In this document: piece by piece, positions 58,840-64,000 of the stretch
Layout: each line of letters starts with the position of its first letter
Numbering within the stretch: the first letter of the stretch is position 1
NCBI GenBank assembly: GCA_945830575.1
Contig: CALZZE010000014.1
Location: 117 to 64,116 of the forward strand
Reading direction: 5' to 3'
Length of the DNA stretch: 64,000 nucleotides
Source: an uncultured Subdoligranulum sp.
Lineage (GTDB): Bacteria > Bacillota > Clostridia > Oscillospirales > Ruminococcaceae
The notes under the pieces: model-generated
What the model was told of the DNA's origin: nothing
The model's input: the letters and a program-made list of their open reading frames with translations, nothing else
Databases searched by the model: none
Position numbers and translations under genes: made by a program

Positions 58840-60162
58840 GTGAAAAGAACAACCAGACGCCTTTTGGCGGTATTTCTGTCCCTGTTTCTGGCGGCAGCCA
58901 TGCCGGTTCAGGCATTCGCCATGCAGATATTTGTGAAGACTCAGACGGGCAAGACCATTACTATCGAAGTGGAGCCGACAGATTCCATAGGAGCCATCAA
59001 AGGAAAAATTTTTGAAAAAGAGGGAATTCTGCCGGAAAACCAACTGCTGATTTTCAACGCAGAGCAGCTGGATGAAAGAAAGACGCTGTCGGATTATAAC
59101 ATTCAAAAGGAATCCACGCTTCATTTGGAGCTGCAGACGACCGACACGGATGTGCGGGAGATCACTATAACGGGTGTCTACCAGGCCGGCACAACAGCGG
59201 ACGAGAAAATCTCCGTGGATATTGTGTGGGATGCGATGGAGTTCACCTACGCCGCCCCATCGCAGGGGACATGGAACCCCGCTGCCCACGCCTATGAAGG
59301 TGCGACAGAAGGCGGCTGGTCGGACAACACCCCCGCCATCACCGTCACCAATCATTCCAACGTTGCGGTGAACGCCACTTTGGCCTTCACCGCTGCTGTT
59401 GACGGCGTAGTCGGTGCCTTCACCGAAGCCAGCGGCACTGAAAATGACAACATTCTGAACCTTGCCACCGCCGAGGGGACGGAGGTTGCCAATGCTCCCA
59501 CCGCAACTGCAAACTTCGGCATCAGCGGTACGGCAATCGACGCGACCAAGACGCTCGGCACCATCACCGTGACCATCAAAAATGTCATCGACACCTTTGC
59601 AGAGCTGCAGGCGGCGGTCAACGCCGGCGGCACCGTCAAGCTGGGCGGGAATATCACTTTAGGGGATGAAACCCTTGTTGTGGGCAGCAGCGTCCCTGTG
59701 ATCCTTGACCTGAACGGATACACGCTGACTTCCAATAGCAATGCGCATATCCAAGTTCAGCCGGGTGTCATCTGCACCGTCAAGAACGGCACCGTTACGA
59801 ACACTTACAGCGATGGTGAAGCAGTACATAACTTCGGTACCCTTACCGTTCAAAACTGCACGCTGAATGCGAATAACTACTTTCCTTTGTATAACTGTTG
59901 TACTGCCACCGTGACGGACAGCACGCTGAACGGAAAAATCATCGGAAATTCGATTTGCAACGATCATGCGTACTCCGATACTGTCACCCTGACCCTCAGC
60001 GGAACCGTGCGTATGGATGGCGGTATTTATAACAATTACAACACATCCGTCGTTACCGTCCTCCCCGGTACCTACAACTTTGCCCCCGCTTCCTATGTGG
60101 ATGCCAACACCCACACCGTCACCGACAACGGCAACGGCACATGGACGGTCGCTGCGAAATAA
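58840..60162 (+). CDS. Secreted protein: signal peptide + eukaryote-like ubiquitin + shared domain + beta-helix-like tail
   Basis: [19 protein letters not shown]...[17 protein letters not shown] at 58921-59133, right after AFA; remainder paralogous to 60193-61314. Confidence 0.9.
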   Translation: MKRTTRRLLAVFLSLFLAAAMPVQAFAMQIFVKTQTGKTITIEVEPTDSIGAIKGKIFEKEGILPENQLLIFNAEQLDERKTLSDYNIQKESTLHLELQTTDTDVREITITGVYQAGTTADEKISVDIVWDAMEFTYAAPSQGTWNPAAHAYEGATEGGWSDNTPAITVTNHSNVAVNATLAFTAAVDGVVGAFTEASGTENDNILNLATAEGTEVANAPTATANFGISGTAIDATKTLGTITVTIKNVIDTFAELQAAVNAGGTVKLGGNITLGDETLVVGSSVPVILDLNGYTLTSNSNAHIQVQPGVICTVKNGTVTNTYSDGEAVHNFGTLTVQNCTLNANNYFPLYNCCTATVTDSTLNGKIIGNSICNDHAYSDTVTLTLSGTVRMDGGIYNNYNTSVVTVLPGTYNFAPASYVDANTHTVTDNGNGTWTVAAK

Positions 60163-61314
60163 GTGCGGCGATAATTGAAAGGAGTACATACCGTGAAAAA
60201 ATTCCTGTCTATTCTTCTTGCCTTTGTTATGGCGCTGTCCCTGTCCGTCACAGCCTTTGCGGCGGAAAATAACGGCACTTCCGGCACCGATATCACTGTA
60301 AACGGCACCTACATTCCCGGCACGTCCTCGGCGGATGAGACAATCTCCGTAGATATTGCGTGGGAGGCAATGAACTTCACCTACACCGCCCCGTCGCAGG
60401 GAACATGGAACCCCGCCACCCACGCTTATGAAGGGCAGACGGCAGGCGGCTGGTCGGACAACACCCCCGCCATCACCGTCACTAATCACTCCAATGTCGC
60501 GGTGAACGCCACTCTTGCTTTCACCGCAGATGTTACCGGCGTAGTCGGTACCTTCACCGAAACCAGCGGCACTGAAAACGACAGCGTTCTTGAGCTTGCC
60601 ACAGCAGATGGAACAACGGTTGAGAACGCACCCACCGCTACTGCCAACTTCGGCATCAGCGGTGCGGCAATCGATGCGACCCAGACACTCGGCACCATCA
60701 CCGTGACCATTGCAAAGGCTGGTGAATCCGGCGGCGTAACCACCTTTGAGGCACTGCAGGCGGCGGTCAACAACGGCGGCACTGTCAAGCTGGGCGGGGA
60801 TATCACTTTGGGGAATGATGTAATACTTGCTGTGAGCAGCAGCGTTCCTGTGATCCTTGACCTGAACGGATACACGCTGACTTCCAATAGCAATGCGCCA
60901 ATCCAAGTTCAGCGGGATGTCATCTGCACAATCAAGAACGGTACTGTTACGAATACCGCCGATAGGATGGAAGCAATAAGTAACTTCGGTACCCTTACTG
61001 TTCAAAACTGCACGCTGACTGCGAATGACTCCTATCCTTTGTATAACAACTGCATTGCTACCGTGACGGACAGTACGCTGAACGGAAATTACGACGGAAA
61101 TTCGATTTGCAACCAACAAGTGTACTCCGATACCGTCACCTTGACACTCAGCGGAACCGTGAACATGGCAGGTGGTATTTACAACCGCTATGCCGCTTCT
61201 GTCGTTACCGTCCTCCCCGGCACCTATAACTTTGACCCCACCTCTTATGTGGACGCCGACGCCTACTCCGTCACCGACCACGGCAACAGCACATGGACTG
61301 TTACTGCGAAATAA
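59197..61314 (+). repeat. Tandem duplication of about 1 kb (about 59197-60162 and 60331-61314)
   Basis: Long near-identical DNA tracts, e.g. GGCTGGTCGGACAACACCCCCGCCATCACCGTCAC and GATCCTTGACCTGAACGGATACACGCTGACTTCCAATAGCAATGCG in both copies. Confidence 0.85.
60193..61314 (+). CDS. Secreted paralog lacking the ubiquitin domain
   Basis: AAAGGAG RBS with GTG start; signal peptide ending AFA; same two domains as 58840-60162. Confidence 0.85.
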   Translation: MKKFLSILLAFVMALSLSVTAFAAENNGTSGTDITVNGTYIPGTSSADETISVDIAWEAMNFTYTAPSQGTWNPATHAYEGQTAGGWSDNTPAITVTNHSNVAVNATLAFTADVTGVVGTFTETSGTENDSVLELATADGTTVENAPTATANFGISGAAIDATQTLGTITVTIAKAGESGGVTTFEALQAAVNNGGTVKLGGDITLGNDVILAVSSSVPVILDLNGYTLTSNSNAPIQVQRDVICTIKNGTVTNTADRMEAISNFGTLTVQNCTLTANDSYPLYNNCIATVTDSTLNGNYDGNSICNQQVYSDTVTLTLSGTVNMAGGIYNRYAASVVTVLPGTYNFDPTSYVDADAYSVTDHGNSTWTVTAK

Positions 61315-61448
61315 ACCAGTTTCATAGCCAACAGCCGGAAGGGGCCGGAAGGACAGCCCCTTCCCACGGCTGTCCTGTTTGATCTGACGGCATCGGCTCC
61401 GTCCGGCGCCGCCACATGAGACAGGACAACCCAATAAGGAGACGCAGA

Positions 61449-61958
61449 ATGAACAAAAAACCGAAAACAAATAAAACCGTTCCCGTTCTCTGCGGGATGT
61501 TTGCGATTGTACTGGCTGTCATGGTCGCCGCCCTCTTTTTTGGCGGAAAGCAGGACACAGCGGGATTTACCCCGCCGCCCTTTGACGCCGCCGCCGTAGC
61601 AGGTGTGCCGGAGGTGCCGGAAAGCCTTGGCTACATCTCTCCGTATCAGGAAGGTATGGGCTACCGTTTTTCGGTATGCGGTAATGTGGTGATGGAGGGC
61701 AGCGCCGCTGCCGTCTACCTGACCAACCCCGCCGAAAACGAAGTGTGGCTGAAGCTGCGGGTGCTGGATGAAAAGGGCAATACCTTAGGCGAAACCGGTC
61801 TGATCAAGCCCGGCCAATATGTGAAGGATGTAACCCTGACCGGAAACCTCCCGGCAGACACGGAAATCAAGCTGAAAATCATGGGCTATGAGCCGGAAAC
61901 GTATTTCAGCGCAGGATCAGCAATCCTGAATACCTCCATAGGAGATGTATCGCAATGA
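61449..61958 (+). CDS. Membrane-anchored protein, paralogous to 57714-58253
   Basis: AAGGAG RBS; N-terminal TM; shared C-terminal motif. Confidence 0.7.
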   Translation: MNKKPKTNKTVPVLCGMFAIVLAVMVAALFFGGKQDTAGFTPPPFDAAAVAGVPEVPESLGYISPYQEGMGYRFSVCGNVVMEGSAAAVYLTNPAENEVWLKLRVLDEKGNTLGETGLIKPGQYVKDVTLTGNLPADTEIKLKIMGYEPETYFSAGSAILNTSIGDVSQ

Positions 61959-63067
61959 AAAGAATCATGGCATGGATGATGACAATGATCGTTGCCCTGT
62001 CTGCTTGCGTCACTGCCTTTGCGGCGGAATCCAATCTGGGCGGTGAAAACCGGCAGACCGACATTGGCGTATTCGCCCGGTATCATGACAACACACAATG
62101 GAATGCGGTTCCTGTGGATGATAACGGTCGGGGAACCACCACATTGCCCGGCGGAACGGTGATTACCGTCAGCGGTGCTTGGAAACCAGGCTATCAGCTT
62201 GTCATCGACCCCATCACGGAAACCGATGCTAAAAACTGGATCAGCGGTATTCTGGACGGCAAAGCGGCGAATCTCACCCCGCTGCACATCTATTTCATTG
62301 ACAGCAGCGGAAACACCATAGCGGCAGCCGGCGTGACCATCACCATGAAGCCGCAGTCGCAGCTGGCCGAACCCGTGGCATACTCCCTGACCAGTGAAGG
62401 GCAGACTTCCGGTCTGACTGTCACCGCACAGGACGGCGCTTTCACCTTTTCCACAGACGGCAGTCCGTATTATGTTCTCGGTGAGCGGGTAACGACACCC
62501 GCTGCCAAAACCTACGCCGTACAGGGAACGGTCAAGAGGAACGGTCAGCCGGTGGCGGGCATTACCATCGAGCTTCACAGTACGCCGAAAACCGATGTGA
62601 CCGACAGCAGCGGCAGATTTTCCTTCCGCGATGTGGAGTGCGGCAGGCACTCTCTGACGGCAATTGACAATGGAAATATCGTCGGTTATGTGGAGTTCGT
62701 GCTGACAGAGGGCAGCACGGCAAACCTTTCTCTTTCGAATGGGATCTATATAGTGACCACCAACATCCATGAGATTGGCATTCACCTGACGCTGAACCTG
62801 GCAGACAATGATACCATGAGCATGGCAAGTGTGACAGGCATACAAGCCGGTGGAAATCCTGATGGCGGAAACTCAGGAGATCCCGCAGGCGAAGCCGCTT
62901 TTGGTATACAAGCCGGTGGAAATCCAGATGGCGGAAACAAGGACAACACGAACAGTCCACAGACGGGCGATGACACAAACCTGCTGCTCTGGCTGGTATG
63001 GATGCTCATTGCGTTTGCAGGATTTGTGGCAGTGTTCGTTGATAGCCGAAAGAAAAGAACAGGCTGA
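61955..63067 (+). CDS. Sortase-anchored protein with carboxypeptidase-regulatory-like domain
   Basis: Signal peptide; VQGTVKRNGQPVAG...TDSSGRFSF; SPQTG + TM + RKKR. Confidence 0.8.
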   Translation: MKRIMAWMMTMIVALSACVTAFAAESNLGGENRQTDIGVFARYHDNTQWNAVPVDDNGRGTTTLPGGTVITVSGAWKPGYQLVIDPITETDAKNWISGILDGKAANLTPLHIYFIDSSGNTIAAAGVTITMKPQSQLAEPVAYSLTSEGQTSGLTVTAQDGAFTFSTDGSPYYVLGERVTTPAAKTYAVQGTVKRNGQPVAGITIELHSTPKTDVTDSSGRFSFRDVECGRHSLTAIDNGNIVGYVEFVLTEGSTANLSLSNGIYIVTTNIHEIGIHLTLNLADNDTMSMASVTGIQAGGNPDGGNSGDPAGEAAFGIQAGGNPDGGNKDNTNSPQTGDDTNLLLWLVWMLIAFAGFVAVFVDSRKKRTG

Positions 63068-63162
63068 AAAGTACAGTCTGTTTTCGTACCAGATACAGAG
63101 AAATGTCCATTCCTATGGTTTATTCTTCTGAGATTTTTATTGTTCATAAATCTAAAAAATCC

Positions 63163-63192
63163 TTGACTTTCAAAGAAAAGTCTTGGCATAAT
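63163..63192 (+). promoter_or_regulatory. Sigma-A-type promoter with an overlapping inverted repeat
   Basis: TTGACT-18 nt-CATAAT with extended TG; GACTTT-6 nt-AAAGTC overlaps it. Confidence 0.55.
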
Positions 63193-63436
63193 AGGGTGGT
63201 TTTGTATAAGTAATACTCAAGTTCCAGTTAGTCTATTTGAGTCTTGACAAGTGAAGAAGAAAGAGATATTGACCCAGGCGCGTTGATATCTCTTTTTTCG
63301 TGAAAGAAAAGACTACTCTCCAATTGCCCATAAAATGAAGAGTAGTCTATTCCAATGCCAGGATGGAGGGGGTGCATTTCCTGTGTATAGGGGGTGCAAT
63401 CGTTTCATTGTATCAAAATGGTGGTTACGATGAACT

Positions 63437-63677
63437 GCGGAAACAGATGGCACAGGTCATTTCGGAGATCATACAGGAGAAGGTCGTTTACAAGAGGGTT
63501 CCTACCTGTGCTTATCAGATTGGCTCCTTCACCATCAGCAAGGACGGTGTTCTGAGTTGGCCGGAGGACACCGATGCAGAAACGGTCAAGGGCGTGGTTG
63601 CCGGATTGCAGATGATGGGCTTTAATGCTAAGACTGAACTTCGTATTGCAGAGCAGACCGATTCCACAGAAAAGGCT
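63437..63677 (+). repeat. 241-bp direct repeat, copy 2 (gene fragment)
   Basis: Matches 55983-56223; lacks the RBS and start present in copy 1. Confidence 0.9.
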
Positions 63678-63848
63678 GCACCGGATGAAACCCCGGAGGA
63701 AGAAATCAAGGATTCGGCACCAGCATATCCAGATCCACGATCACTGCTTCTTTGCGTGCGTTTTTTCCCCACTTTTCCATACAGAACACCCCCGTTTCCT
63801 CTATTATACAGGAAACAGGGGCGTTTGAATAGGTTTTTTGACAAGCTG

Positions 63849-63880
63849 TGACCCGCCCATCCTTCAAGATGGGCGGGTCA
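63849..63880 (-). terminator. 13-bp-stem hairpin, probable terminator of the minus-strand gene at the right edge
   Basis: TGACCCGCCCATC-CTTCAA-GATGGGCGGGTCA. Confidence 0.55.
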
Positions 63881-63900
63881 AAATTTTAGCAGTGATCAAG

Positions 63901-64000
63901 TTAGTCGCGGGGAGAAGGATAATTGGCTTTGATCGCCTTGGAGACATCGAGGATCATTTCCAATTCCTGCTGTGAGCAGTCGTTGGCAAGGGAAATCAAT
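63901..64000 (-). CDS. 3' end of a gene entering from the right (possibly a regulator C-terminus)
   Basis: Minus frame reads LISLANDCSQQELEMILDVSKAIKANYPSPRD*, followed by the hairpin. Confidence 0.45.
   Translation of the reverse strand, partial: LISLANDCSQQELEMILDVSKAIKANYPSPRD

Noticed and set aside
25395-59133. Functional link between the EsaB ubiquitin fold and the eukaryote-like ubiquitin
   Set aside because: No sequence similarity, separate loci, the latter is Sec-exported, and no E1/E2/JAB genes are present.
59659-61470. 603-aa minus-strand ORF with an internal repeat
   Set aside because: Antisense shadow of the duplicated secreted genes.
62837-62938. Two 36-bp repeats 66 bp apart
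   Set aside because: In-frame coding repeat (GIQAGGNPDGGN) in a linker; two copies only, no cas genes, so not CRISPR.
63745-63830. Hairpin CACCCCCGTTTCCT...AGGAAACAGGGGCG as an IS end
   Set aside because: No transposase or matching second end in the window.

Overview
The window is part of a Bacillota (Clostridia-like) integrative conjugative element (ICE) plus cargo. No attachment ends, tRNA, rRNA or CRISPR array are visible. (1) 1-21.3 kb is a co-directional conjugation backbone: Dam-type methylase, VirB2/VirB6/VirB3/VirB4-like genes, M23 hydrolase, ParM/ParR, MOB-L/MobP3-type relaxase, toprim protein and VirD4. (2) 21.4-23.4 kb holds an XRE regulator and a tyrosine recombinase gene. The recombinase is bracketed by 27-bp inverted dyad sites with an outward-facing sigma-A-type promoter inside, which looks like an invertible phase-variation switch. 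(3) 23.4-48.1 kb, directly downstream, is a type VII secretion (T7SSb-like) cluster: EsaB, EssC, WXG100 proteins, a candidate effector/immunity pair, a TPR protein, two FHA proteins, a PP2C phosphatase, a Ser/Thr kinase, a Thr-repeat membrane protein and a 2615-aa Ig-repeat surface protein. (4) 48.8-55.5 kb has an S24 repressor / ImmA-IrrE pair, a TetR regulator and a sortase-anchored adhesin. (5) 56-63.7 kb is a cassette between 241-bp direct repeats, with a LytTR regulator and a secreted-protein cluster. One of these proteins starts, right after its signal peptide, with a eukaryote-like ubiquitin domain (49/71 identical to human ubiquitin by my manual alignment). Family calls come from motif recognition by eye; no database search was run.
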